64,000 nucleotides of DNA from a virus (lineage: Duplodnaviria; Caudoviricetes), in the IMG/VR virus record IMGVR_UViG_3300033072_001141, positions 1 through 64,000 of that record, one strand, 5' to 3'. The translations under genes were made by a program, and so were the position numbers. Shown in pieces: positions 54,420 to 63,079 of the stretch. Under the pieces are notes generated by a model that did not search any database, was not told the DNA's origin, and saw only the letters and a program-made list of their open reading frames with translations. The stretch's first letter is position 1, and every line of letters begins with the position of its first letter.

Positions 54420-54839
54420 TCAGACCGCGACCGCCGCGTCCGTCGAGAACACGCGCCAGGCACCGTTGTCGTAGTACACGGGAACGCCCGTGCCGGCACC
54501 GGCCCCCTGCCCCACCTTCCGTCCGTTGGTGCAGAAAGCGACGAGCCCATCGACGGCGTCCGGAGCGACCGGAAGGTCGGCGAACGCGTAGCGGGGAAGC
54601 ATGTCGATCCGCATCGACCCGCGGGTTGGGGCCGCCCTGTCGGGGATCTCGTCGCCGACAGAGACGCTCACCTTGCCGGCGACGACGAGGCTCTTGAGCT
54701 GGGTGTCGCCGTCCAAGTCGGCGATGGTGAGGCCGGCCAGGACGACCGACTGCCCTGCCTTGACCTCCACCTTGGGGGTGGTCAGGAAGACATCGTCGTC
54801 GGGGGACGTGGTTCCGAGGTTCGTGACTGTCGCATCCAT
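54420..54839 (-). CDS. Small structural protein
   Basis: GGAGGAG RBS; FCTNGRK..GAGAGTGVPVYYD. Confidence 0.65.
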   Translation of the reverse strand: MDATVTNLGTTSPDDDVFLTTPKVEVKAGQSVVLAGLTIADLDGDTQLKSLVVAGKVSVSVGDEIPDRAAPTRGSMRIDMLPRYAFADLPVAPDAVDGLVAFCTNGRKVGQGAGAGTGVPVYYDNGAWRVFSTDAAVAV

Positions 54840-54863
54840 GTTCGCGCTCTCCTCCGAGGGGGT

Positions 54864-55184
54864 TCAGATCTGTCCGGACTTGCGTCCGATGTAGGCACAC
54901 AGGGCCTTGGGGTCCTTCACCCCCTTGCAGCACTCCGTGAACATCTTCTCGCACGACGAGAACTCCTGCCCCGTCGCGTTCTTGCCCTTGAACGAGCCGT
55001 CCGCGTCCATGTACTTCTTGCGGCACTCGTTGTCGCAGCTCATCGCTTCGAGCAGCGCTTCCTCCTGGAGACCCGAGGAGCGAGCGAGCGTGCGGATGAC
55101 CTCGTTGAGGTCCCCGCAGCACGGCCTGGCGGCGCCCCCTTCGAGGACGCCGTTCAGCTCTTCGCTCAGCTCCCTGAGTCCCAT
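54864..55184 (-). CDS. Cys-rich protein with leader-like start
   Basis: AGGAG RBS; ELSEELNGVLE. Confidence 0.65.
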   Translation of the reverse strand: MGLRELSEELNGVLEGGAARPCCGDLNEVIRTLARSSGLQEEALLEAMSCDNECRKKYMDADGSFKGKNATGQEFSSCEKMFTECCKGVKDPKALCAYIGRKSGQI

Positions 55185-55210
55185 TCGGTCTTCTCCTGGT
55201 CAGCGGTCGA

Positions 55211-57706
55211 TCAGCCGGTCGAGCTGAACTTCTGCTGGATGCGGAAGATGATGAACTCGCCCGGCTTGTTGGGCGCGATGTAGATGTCGCAGATGACCTC
55301 GCCCGCCTCCTCGTTGTCCGCCGTGTTGTTCGACTCGTCGCAGATGACCGAGACGGCGTCCGTGAAGGTGGTGCCGGCGAAGTAGCCCTGGTTGAAGAGG
55401 TTCCGGAGGAACGACTCGACCGAGACCTGGATGCGCTGCCGGAGCGACGCGCCCACGTTCTCGAAGACGAAGCCGTGCGTGCCGTTGTAGATGCTGCTCT
55501 TGAGGAAGTTGAAGAGCCGGCGCACCTGGACGTAGCGGAAGTCGTCCGGCGGGTTCTCCAGCGTGCGCGCGCCCCAGACCGCGCGGCCGGTCTGCGGGGT
55601 GTCCACCAGGGCGTTGACCTGGCTCTGGAAGAACGTGTCGATCTCGGCGAACTCCAGCCGGCGCTCCAGGCCCTCCGAGAAGAGCAGGCGTCCGTCCTCG
55701 GTTCCCGCGGGGGCCTTGGCGACGTTCTTGTTCGTGTCCGTGCGCGCGTACACGCCCGCGACGTGTCCGATCGGCGGGATGTTGGCGCCGCGCTCCGTGA
55801 ACGGATCGGTCACGCGGATGTACGGGTAGTAGAGCGCGCCGTAGCTCGACGAGATGCCGAGCGTGAAGCGCCTCCAGTCGCGCACCTGCTGGGGCGTCAT
55901 GCCCGGCGGGCTCGCGAGGATGATGAACCACTTCTGGTTCGTCTCGGCCTCGGCGATCTGGTCGCTGGCCATCGTCACGTCGCCGGCCGCGTCCGGGATG
56001 CCGACGTTCAGCAGCTCGTCGGTGGTGAGCAGCGCGTACATGCCGCGCCGATCGGACTTGAGGGCCGGGCTGGTCATCTCGGCGCGACCGATGCCCGCCA
56101 CACCGTCCGACCCGCCGGTGAGGGCGTCGGAGGTGGCCGTGTCCGCCGGGGTGACACGCGACGAGATCTGGATGATCGAGCCGGGGCGCGCACCGGTCGG
56201 GACCGCGAGGTTCGAGGTCTCCGCCTCCGAGACCGCCGCCACGGTCCGGAAGGCGATCTTGCCGGACGTGTAGTTGACCCGGTTGTAGCCGGTGGGGGGC
56301 GCCGGATCGACATCGCCGACCAGGTTGCCGTTGCCGTCGTCCGTGATCGTGCGCGAGACGCCGGCCACGTCGGTGTAGGTGATCGAGACCGAGCCCGGCT
56401 GCACCGGCGTCGCCAGCGCGTCCGTGCGGAACCCGACCGGGATCGACGGGAAGCCGTCCGGGTCGGCCGCCGCGGTCGAGCCCCAGTTCTGGTTCGAGCC
56501 GTTGCCCGAGCCGCCGGAGCGGGTGCGCAGCTTGCCGTTGAGCGACGACGGGATGACCGGCTCGTTCGCGGGATCGACCAGCGTGATGAGGTCCGACCCC
56601 TGGGTGGGATCGTTGATGGCGGTGATGACGTAGTCCGGGTCGGACGGGTCCGTCATCGAGAGGTTCAGGAAGGTCTCCTGGACCTCGCCGTCGAGGAGAA
56701 CCTGCACGTCCGCGCGCGAGTAGGTCGCGGTGGAGCGCGTGAAGGAGTCCTCGTTGCCCCGGACCTGGACCTCCAGGTCGTTGCCCCACGCGCCCTTCGA
56801 GATCGGATCGATGTCGAAGGCGCGGCACGTGTAGGCCGCGAGGACCGAGTTCCCGCGGGCCGGCGTCGCGGGGACCGTGGTGGTGAACGCGTAGGCGCCC
56901 GTCGCGTAGTCGATGGTGCCGGGCGCAGCGAGGTCGGCACCGGTCAGCGCGCCAGATCCATCGTCCGTGATCGTCGAGAGCGCGCCCTCCGGCGTGTAGC
57001 TCATCGTGATCGCGGTCGCGTTGTCCGGAGCCTGCCCCGTCTCCGCCGACAGCGCCCAGTGGCCGGTCTTGTAGTCGATGAAGCCGCGCGTGTCGCCCGC
57101 GCCGTCCTTGAGGATGCCGTCGAAGGCCGGGTCCGTGTAGGTGTACGGCGCGGCGGCGACGGTCGTCGTCAGCGTGACCGTGCCAGGGACGATCTTGGCT
57201 CCGCCAGCGACGGATACACGACCGGCGAAGTCGAGCAGGACGCTGTCCGTGGCCGGGGAGTTGTTGGTGGCCGCCGCGACGACCGGCGTGCCGAGCCGGC
57301 GCCAGGTGATCGACACCGACGACGCCTGGACCTGCGGCGCCTGCGCGAGAGACCCGGCGAACGCCACGACCGTTCCGTCGCCGGTCTCGATGGCCTCCTC
57401 GGTCACGTCGCTGGTGATGAAGCCGTCGGCCGCCACGGCGTCCGAGGCGACCACGCGCACGACGTACGCACGCCGACCGCCGTTCGCGAAGAACGCGAAG
57501 AGGTGCAGCGGCACGCCGCTCTGGTCGGTGAAGTCGCCGAAGGTCCGCGTGAACTGCTCGAACGACGACACCAGGACGGCCTCGTCGGTCGGACCGCGGA
57601 GCGTGAATCCGACGGTGCCGAAGGTGCTCGTGGACACGCCCGTGATGGGGGCGACGCCACGACGCCGCTCCTCGACGTAGACGCCCGGGTGCAACCTTTC
57701 GACCAT
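55211..57706 (-). CDS. Tail sheath protein
   Basis: HPGVYVEE, PPIGHVAGVYARTD...V.KAPAG, WGARTL, YVQVRRL, PNKPGEFI.FRI. Confidence 0.96.
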   Translation of the reverse strand: MVERLHPGVYVEERRRGVAPITGVSTSTFGTVGFTLRGPTDEAVLVSSFEQFTRTFGDFTDQSGVPLHLFAFFANGGRRAYVVRVVASDAVAADGFITSDVTEEAIETGDGTVVAFAGSLAQAPQVQASSVSITWRRLGTPVVAAATNNSPATDSVLLDFAGRVSVAGGAKIVPGTVTLTTTVAAAPYTYTDPAFDGILKDGAGDTRGFIDYKTGHWALSAETGQAPDNATAITMSYTPEGALSTITDDGSGALTGADLAAPGTIDYATGAYAFTTTVPATPARGNSVLAAYTCRAFDIDPISKGAWGNDLEVQVRGNEDSFTRSTATYSRADVQVLLDGEVQETFLNLSMTDPSDPDYVITAINDPTQGSDLITLVDPANEPVIPSSLNGKLRTRSGGSGNGSNQNWGSTAAADPDGFPSIPVGFRTDALATPVQPGSVSITYTDVAGVSRTITDDGNGNLVGDVDPAPPTGYNRVNYTSGKIAFRTVAAVSEAETSNLAVPTGARPGSIIQISSRVTPADTATSDALTGGSDGVAGIGRAEMTSPALKSDRRGMYALLTTDELLNVGIPDAAGDVTMASDQIAEAETNQKWFIILASPPGMTPQQVRDWRRFTLGISSSYGALYYPYIRVTDPFTERGANIPPIGHVAGVYARTDTNKNVAKAPAGTEDGRLLFSEGLERRLEFAEIDTFFQSQVNALVDTPQTGRAVWGARTLENPPDDFRYVQVRRLFNFLKSSIYNGTHGFVFENVGASLRQRIQVSVESFLRNLFNQGYFAGTTFTDAVSVICDESNNTADNEEAGEVICDIYIAPNKPGEFIIFRIQQKFSSTG

Positions 57707-57709
57707 GAC

Positions 57710-58252
57710 TCAGCCTCCTGCGACGTTGGCGAGCCTGAAAGCCCGCTGATCCTGGATCCGACCCACCAGCGACACGACGTTGTCTACATGCTCAGGGAAT
57801 CGACGAATCCATCCCTTTTTGCCGTGGAGGTTCTGGTGGATGAACACCACGAGCTGCCTCCAGAGAGCGTAGTCGAGCGACTTCTTGCTCTGGAGCGGAA
57901 AGCGATCGAAGTGGGGAATGACCTTCTCGACGAGTGAGTCGATATCCTCCACGCGCAGCGACACGGACGGGTTGGCACCTGGAACCGAAGCCCTGCGTTT
58001 GGACGAAACGGGCTTCTCCCTGACGGTGCCGGCCCCGAAGTACGCGACCAGCTTGTCGAGCGTCCGTCTGTCGTCGGCGCGAAGCTGGACTTGCAGTCCT
58101 ACGTACTGATTGAAACACCGGTGGATCCGTCCCGACTGGGCCAGCTTCTCCTTGGCGGAGTACGAGGCGTAGAAGCATCCCTCGCCATCGATCAGGCCGG
58201 TGACCCACCAGCCGAACGACGGATCGTCGGGAAGCCTCAGACGCTCGACCAT
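57710..58252 (-). mobile_element. Free-standing LAGLIDADG endonuclease
   Basis: WVTGLIDGEGCF, VIPHFDRFPLQSKKSLDYALW. Confidence 0.92.
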
Positions 58253-58288
58253 GACAGTGACCTCCGTCCCAGTGGGATGAGAAGAAAC

Positions 58289-58726
58289 TCAGCGGCGCCT
58301 TCGGCGCCTTCCGCTGCTCTGCTTCTCCTGCTCCACCGGCGGACTGGCCCCTGGGCCATCCTCCGAACCTGCTTCTACTTCTGCCTGGGCAGCCTGCGAT
58401 GCCGACCCTACCACATCCTGATCGACATCCGACCCATCGTCCTTGACGATCGGTTCGGCCTCGACCTGCGCCTCTTCTTCTTGGGGCGCCTCCGGAGCTG
58501 CCGGCGCTGACGCCACCGGCTGCTCTGACACCGCGTCGGACCGCGGATCGACCGGATCCGTCGTCGGCTTCGCGTCCTTCACCCGGACCACCATGTTGGA
58601 CCGCAAGAGGTGCGAGACCGAGGCGATGGGTGCCTCGAACCTGGCCTTGGGCCGGATCACCACAGATCCACGGCCGGGGATCTCGACCGGGGTGGGAGAC
58701 GTGCCCTTGTAGTGCCAGGTGGCCAT
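58289..58726 (-). CDS. Hypothetical protein with acidic low-complexity tail
   Basis: Lies between terminator and sheath genes. Confidence 0.6.
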   Translation of the reverse strand: MATWHYKGTSPTPVEIPGRGSVVIRPKARFEAPIASVSHLLRSNMVVRVKDAKPTTDPVDPRSDAVSEQPVASAPAAPEAPQEEEAQVEAEPIVKDDGSDVDQDVVGSASQAAQAEVEAGSEDGPGASPPVEQEKQSSGRRRRRR

Positions 58727-58728
58727 CG

Positions 58729-59433
58729 TCACCGGATCCTTGCCAGCTTCGTCCTCAGAGGTCCAGTCCTGACGGTCAGATTCGGAGAAGTGGGGGCCTC
58801 GAACGGCTCCTCGAAGTCCAGTTCGCCCTCGACCCTGACCGGGATGGTGTGCCCGTGCATCCGTTCGGCGACGCCGCCGATCTCCGCCAGGTTCTCGTAG
58901 CTGTCCACGAACGCGTGGTAGCCGCGCTTGTCGCCCTCGGAGTCGGTCAGGAACACCTGGCCGTAGGCCGGCAAGCGCCTTCCCACGACCCGCAGGATCC
59001 GATCGGCCTGCCCCCGCAGACGCGCGCGTAGGTGTACGTCGTAGGAGATGTCGAAGGGGTACGTCCAGCCCTTGATCTCGACACGGCTCGGACCCTTGAG
59101 CCCGCCCGACGAAGTGACCTCCCGTGCGCCCTGCGCGGGGACCATGTACTCGTGGCCGCCGCCGAACCATCTCGCCATCGCCGGCTGGATCGAGCCGCGA
59201 GAGATGACGATCTGGGGCAGTAGTTCGTCCGAGAACGCGTCCTCGGCGTCCGACATGACGATCGGGACGAGACCGCTGTACTGGTCCGGTCCGGTCACGT
59301 TCGGGACGCGCAGCGCGTAGACCTCGGCGATCTCGCCATCCAGCTCGATCTGGACCTTCTCGCCTCCGATGGTCTCAGCCAGCCCGATGTCGAAGTCTTC
59401 GATGAAGACGGTGCCGGTCCGACCATTCGCCAT
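58729..59433 (-). CDS. Tail terminator / completion protein (gp15-like)
   Basis: LPQIVISRGSI, PFDISYDV; position in the module. Confidence 0.7.
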   Translation of the reverse strand: MANGRTGTVFIEDFDIGLAETIGGEKVQIELDGEIAEVYALRVPNVTGPDQYSGLVPIVMSDAEDAFSDELLPQIVISRGSIQPAMARWFGGGHEYMVPAQGAREVTSSGGLKGPSRVEIKGWTYPFDISYDVHLRARLRGQADRILRVVGRRLPAYGQVFLTDSEGDKRGYHAFVDSYENLAEIGGVAERMHGHTIPVRVEGELDFEEPFEAPTSPNLTVRTGPLRTKLARIR

Positions 59434-59506
59434 CGGGTGACCTCACGTCAGCGCGCGCCGCCCGGAACCGATGTCCCGAGCGGCGCGACCCACGAAGGAG
59501 GAGCGA

Positions 59507-59971
59507 TCAGCCGACGCCGCCGCCGACGTTCTGCGTGATGTCGCCGGCCGCATCGAGGCAGGCGCGAATCACCTCGGCGCCGAGCTGGGCGGTCTTGGCC
59601 GCGCCGGCCCACGCCGACAGATCCTCCGCCGAGGCCGAGTCGGGGTCGGGCATCGCGGGGATGAGCCCCTGCTCGGCCATCTCGTCGGCGACCGTCACGA
59701 GCATGTCGAGCGCGTCGTCCATCGACACGTCGCACCGAGCCGAGACCGCCATCATGGTCTGCTCGATGTAGGACTCGAACGCCTCGGCGTCCGAGTTCAT
59801 GTTGTTGACGCCGCCGTCGCCACCGCGCAGCGGATCGCCCGACGGCGCCGTGTCGGGCGCGCCGAAGCTGCCACCGGTCCCGGTGTACATCTCGATGAGC
59901 CCGTGGTTCTCCGTCATCTGGAAGACGCTGAGGCCCTTGAGAAGGGCACCGTTGACTCGATGGACGTTCAT
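59507..59971 (-). CDS. Acidic hypothetical protein
   Basis: GGAGG RBS. Confidence 0.65.
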   Translation of the reverse strand: MNVHRVNGALLKGLSVFQMTENHGLIEMYTGTGGSFGAPDTAPSGDPLRGGDGGVNNMNSDAEAFESYIEQTMMAVSARCDVSMDDALDMLVTVADEMAEQGLIPAMPDPDSASAEDLSAWAGAAKTAQLGAEVIRACLDAAGDITQNVGGGVG

Positions 59972-59997
59972 GACCTTGTTCCTCCGCAGATCGTCGC

Positions 59998-60804
59998 TCA
60001 GGCCCGGATGTAGCGCTGGAAGCGCTGGACCTTTCGGATGTCTGAGACCTTACCAGTTTTCGCGACCAGCGGCCTCTTCCATCGCCTCTCGGAGGGGACC
60101 GCCAGCCACCGGAGGTACTTCTTGAGCTGCTGCTTGGCAAGCACCGTCTTCACGTAGCGGACGGCCGGCCTCCAGTGGGACACATGGGGTGCATCCCCGA
60201 GACCGAACTCCCTGCGGAGGACCTCGTACGCCAGATCCACGGTGACCCTCTGGTCGAGGAGCACCTTGTTCCTTCGGAAACTCTCGATCCCATGGGTCCT
60301 CAGCTCGGCCTCGATCCGCGGTCGCTCGGCCATCCTCATGGCCTCGATCTTCTCCGCGTCCTTGAGCGAGACCCTCCTGGAGATGATCTGCGCCACCCTC
60401 TTGGACGGCTCGTACGGGAGGGTGTCCATGGTCCACGGGTTGGACCTCCAGAGGGTCACGGCAGCCGGATCCATCGTCTTGCCCCCTGCGAGCTTGGGCT
60501 TGACGTAGAGCACGGTGCGGGGAGCGTCCGCCTGGGTCAGCCTCCTCCGGTGGGCGTACGCGGGCAGCCCGATCATGGCCACCCCCGCCATCCCGCGAAG
60601 CCTCACTCGACGAACCGTCAGGAGCTTCGCGTAGTTCGGGATGTCGGACGGCGCCATCCCTCTCAGGATCGGGAGCAGCGCCTTCGCGAGGTCGAAGGAG
60701 TAGTTCTCCTCGATCGCCTCGACGCGCCGACGCATCTCGTCCGCGAGCTTGTAGATGCGCTGGTTCTGCGCATGCTGGGTGACCTGGAACGAAAGCCCCG
60801 TCAC
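59998..60804 (-). CDS. Basic neck/tail-completion-type protein
   Basis: GTGA coupling; HWRPAVR; position in the module. Confidence 0.6.
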   Translation of the reverse strand: MTGLSFQVTQHAQNQRIYKLADEMRRRVEAIEENYSFDLAKALLPILRGMAPSDIPNYAKLLTVRRVRLRGMAGVAMIGLPAYAHRRRLTQADAPRTVLYVKPKLAGGKTMDPAAVTLWRSNPWTMDTLPYEPSKRVAQIISRRVSLKDAEKIEAMRMAERPRIEAELRTHGIESFRRNKVLLDQRVTVDLAYEVLRREFGLGDAPHVSHWRPAVRYVKTVLAKQQLKKYLRWLAVPSERRWKRPLVAKTGKVSDIRKVQRFQRYIRA

Positions 60805-61178
60805 CTCTCCACCCCCGTGTGCGAGTCGATCGGCTTCCACGGGTCGTCGCCAGACTCCATGACCCGCGTCAGCACCGGCAGGTGCTTCTTGCACACGCCG
60901 ACCAGCCCGGGTCCCTTGTTCCCCTCGACGATCTTCGAGGCTGGCTGACCGCACCGGAAGCAGAGCTTCGCGATCATGTCCCGCGTGAGCGGCCCCTCGT
61001 ACTCCGGGAACCCCATGCCTCCCAGCGGTCCGGCGCAAGCCTTCTTCTCGAAGGCCGCGCGACACTGGTCAAGACCTCGGTCGAGTCCCCAGTGGAGCTT
61101 CACGCACATCGCGCACGGGAAGGCGTAGCCCTTGGCGAGCGCCGACTGAACCTGGTCCTTCGGGATGGTGTAGATCAC
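60801..61178 (-). CDS. Cys-rich hypothetical protein
   Basis: CAMC, CFRCG...CKKH. Confidence 0.65.
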   Translation of the reverse strand: MIYTIPKDQVQSALAKGYAFPCAMCVKLHWGLDRGLDQCRAAFEKKACAGPLGGMGFPEYEGPLTRDMIAKLCFRCGQPASKIVEGNKGPGLVGVCKKHLPVLTRVMESGDDPWKPIDSHTGVER

Positions 61179-61498
61179 TGGCCGGCCGTGCTGTGCGCCC
61201 ACTGCCTTCCGTACGGGCCGGGCTTGTTCGACCTGACGAAGAGGTTCGGTGGGTCCGATCCCTGGGGCGCCCCGAACTCCGGCGGCGTGACCCAGAGCTT
61301 GTAGAGCGAGGTGTCCACGTCGAAGTTCACGTCGGTGCCGTCCTCGTTGGACCTCACACGCACAAGACCGCGCTTCGGATCCACGTCCTCGACGTAGCCG
61401 CTGGTCACCACCTCTCCGCCCGGCGTGCGCACGACGACGAGCTGCCCCACGTGGATGGAGACCTTGATGGCATTTTCGAGCTGCTCGGAGATCCGCAC
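61175..61498 (-). CDS. Small beta-barrel-like protein with shared leader (MRISEQLENAI)
   Basis: ORF track; codon bias. Confidence 0.65.
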   Translation of the reverse strand: MRISEQLENAIKVSIHVGQLVVVRTPGGEVVTSGYVEDVDPKRGLVRVRSNEDGTDVNFDVDTSLYKLWVTPPEFGAPQGSDPPNLFVRSNKPGPYGRQWAHSTAGQ

Positions 61499-61499
61499 G

Positions 61500-62078
61500 T
61501 CAGATCCTCGTGTTCTCGGTCTTGCGCGCCGGGTCGAACGTGGTCCTCGCCTCCAGACCGATCTTCCACTGCACGAAGACCTCCGACGACATGATGTTGC
61601 CGTCCGGGTTGGCCTTCACGATGTCCCAGAACTGGAACTTCCCCGCGCGCGCGTAGGGCTGGAGATCCCAGAACTCGATCACGTCGCCGATCTTGGGGTC
61701 GGGCGACCCGGCGTCCTCCAGCTCCTTGCGCGCGAGCCACAAGGTGGCGGTCGCCGTCTTCTTGAGGCCCTCGGAGCCCGACTGCGTGTCGATGTCGTCG
61801 CCCTGGCTGAACTCGACGGCGCCCATCATCTGCCACGGGCCCTGGAACGACCAGTCCTTGGCCTCGGCGCTGGGCTCCCTGTAGAGGGGGTGCATGTTCT
61901 TGGCGCGCCGGATCGAGTAGAGCTTGATGGGCGTGCCCGACAGGCGCGCCGGCTCCTGGGCGACCGAGTCCCAGAGCGGGCGCTCCACCGTGACCTCGGC
62001 CTCGTCCGGGAAGATCCTGCGGATCCGGTCGATGCCTCCGTCTCGGTAGAGCGTGTCGAGCTTCGGCTTGCTCATCAC
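61500..62078 (-). CDS. Neck/head-closure protein (T4 gp14-like)
   Basis: HPLYRE, PKIGDVIEF; follows the gp13-like gene. Confidence 0.75.
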   Translation of the reverse strand: MMSKPKLDTLYRDGGIDRIRRIFPDEAEVTVERPLWDSVAQEPARLSGTPIKLYSIRRAKNMHPLYREPSAEAKDWSFQGPWQMMGAVEFSQGDDIDTQSGSEGLKKTATATLWLARKELEDAGSPDPKIGDVIEFWDLQPYARAGKFQFWDIVKANPDGNIMSSEVFVQWKIGLEARTTFDPARKTENTRI

Positions 62079-62356
62079 CGGCCCTGGAAGAGAACGTCTC
62101 CGACGTTGACGAACCCGGGCGCCGACAGCTCTCCGGCCAGCGCCGCCTTGGTCTTGGCGAGGTTCGCACGGAGGACCGTCTTCATGACGCTCTCGGTCTT
62201 GCCCTTGGCGCGATGCAGCCTTCGGAGCTGCCTCACGACGCGCAGCCTTTCCCCGTTGCGGTTGGCGGTGACCGCCGACGCAGGCGAAGCGAAGCGACCG
62301 TCCTTCCCGTGGTAGGTCGTGCGCGCGATGATCTTGTCCTTGAAGTCCTGGTCCAT
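62075..62356 (-). CDS. Small basic protein, leaderless
   Basis: TACGGT 6 nt before ATG; YHGKDGRFAS. Confidence 0.65.
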   Translation of the reverse strand: MDQDFKDKIIARTTYHGKDGRFASPASAVTANRNGERLRVVRQLRRLHRAKGKTESVMKTVLRANLAKTKAALAGELSAPGFVNVGDVLFQGR

Positions 62357-62358
62357 GG

Positions 62359-63075
62359 TCACACCGTAGGCTCGATGTCCTTGAAGATGCGCCGGAACTT
62401 CTGGAACTTCGAGGGCGGAGACCCCGGGATTCCTCCGTTGAGCGGCTGCTTCTCGTTCGCGTGCTGCATGGCCCGGCGCGCGCCCTTCTGGGTGGGCTTC
62501 ACGTCCTTGACCTTGCCGTCCTCGCGGTACGGCCCCTTGAGGTAGCCGTGCTTCGTGAGGCTCGCCCGGCAGATGTTCCACGCTCCGCGGACGCTCTTCT
62601 TGCGCTTGACCTGGACGGCGAGGATGCAGTGGGCGAGCTGGGCGTTGATCTGCCCGGCCTTGTCCGCCGCCTTCTCGGCCGACTTCTTCATGACCTTCTC
62701 CAGGCTGGCCTTCCTGCGCGCCTGGCGCTCCGACTTCCGGGCCGCCTGGTTCTTCTCCCTCGCCGCCTTCATGGCGGCACGCCGCTGCTTGGCGATGGTC
62801 GCGAGTCGCTTCTCCTGCGAGGTCTTCTCGCGACGCTTCTCGGCCGCCGCTTGGGCCACCGCCTGGGCGGCCTTCTTCTTGGCCGAGGTGGCGTCCCTCT
62901 CGGCCTCCGCCTCGTTGTCCTTGATCGCCTTGGCCACCGGCTTGGGCGGCTCCGGCGGCTCTGGCTCCTTCGGCTTCTTGGCCTCACCGAGACGGCGCAC
63001 CGCGATCTGGCCTCCCGACACCGCGTAGGTCGTCGGCCGATCTGACCTGAACAGTGCGTCGATGGAGACCAGCAC
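62359..63075 (-). CDS. Ala/Lys/Arg-rich basic protein
   Basis: Low-complexity AK-rich core. Confidence 0.65.
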   Translation of the reverse strand: MLVSIDALFRSDRPTTYAVSGGQIAVRRLGEAKKPKEPEPPEPPKPVAKAIKDNEAEAERDATSAKKKAAQAVAQAAAEKRREKTSQEKRLATIAKQRRAAMKAAREKNQAARKSERQARRKASLEKVMKKSAEKAADKAGQINAQLAHCILAVQVKRKKSVRGAWNICRASLTKHGYLKGPYREDGKVKDVKPTQKGARRAMQHANEKQPLNGGIPGSPPSKFQKFRRIFKDIEPTV

Positions 63076-63079
63076 GGAG

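Noticed and set aside
19178-58252. Group I introns or inteins around the LAGLIDADG genes
   Set aside because: Downstream genes are complete ORFs with their own starts, and no intein C/S...HN ends or intron core were recognised. Splicing is not experimentally excluded.
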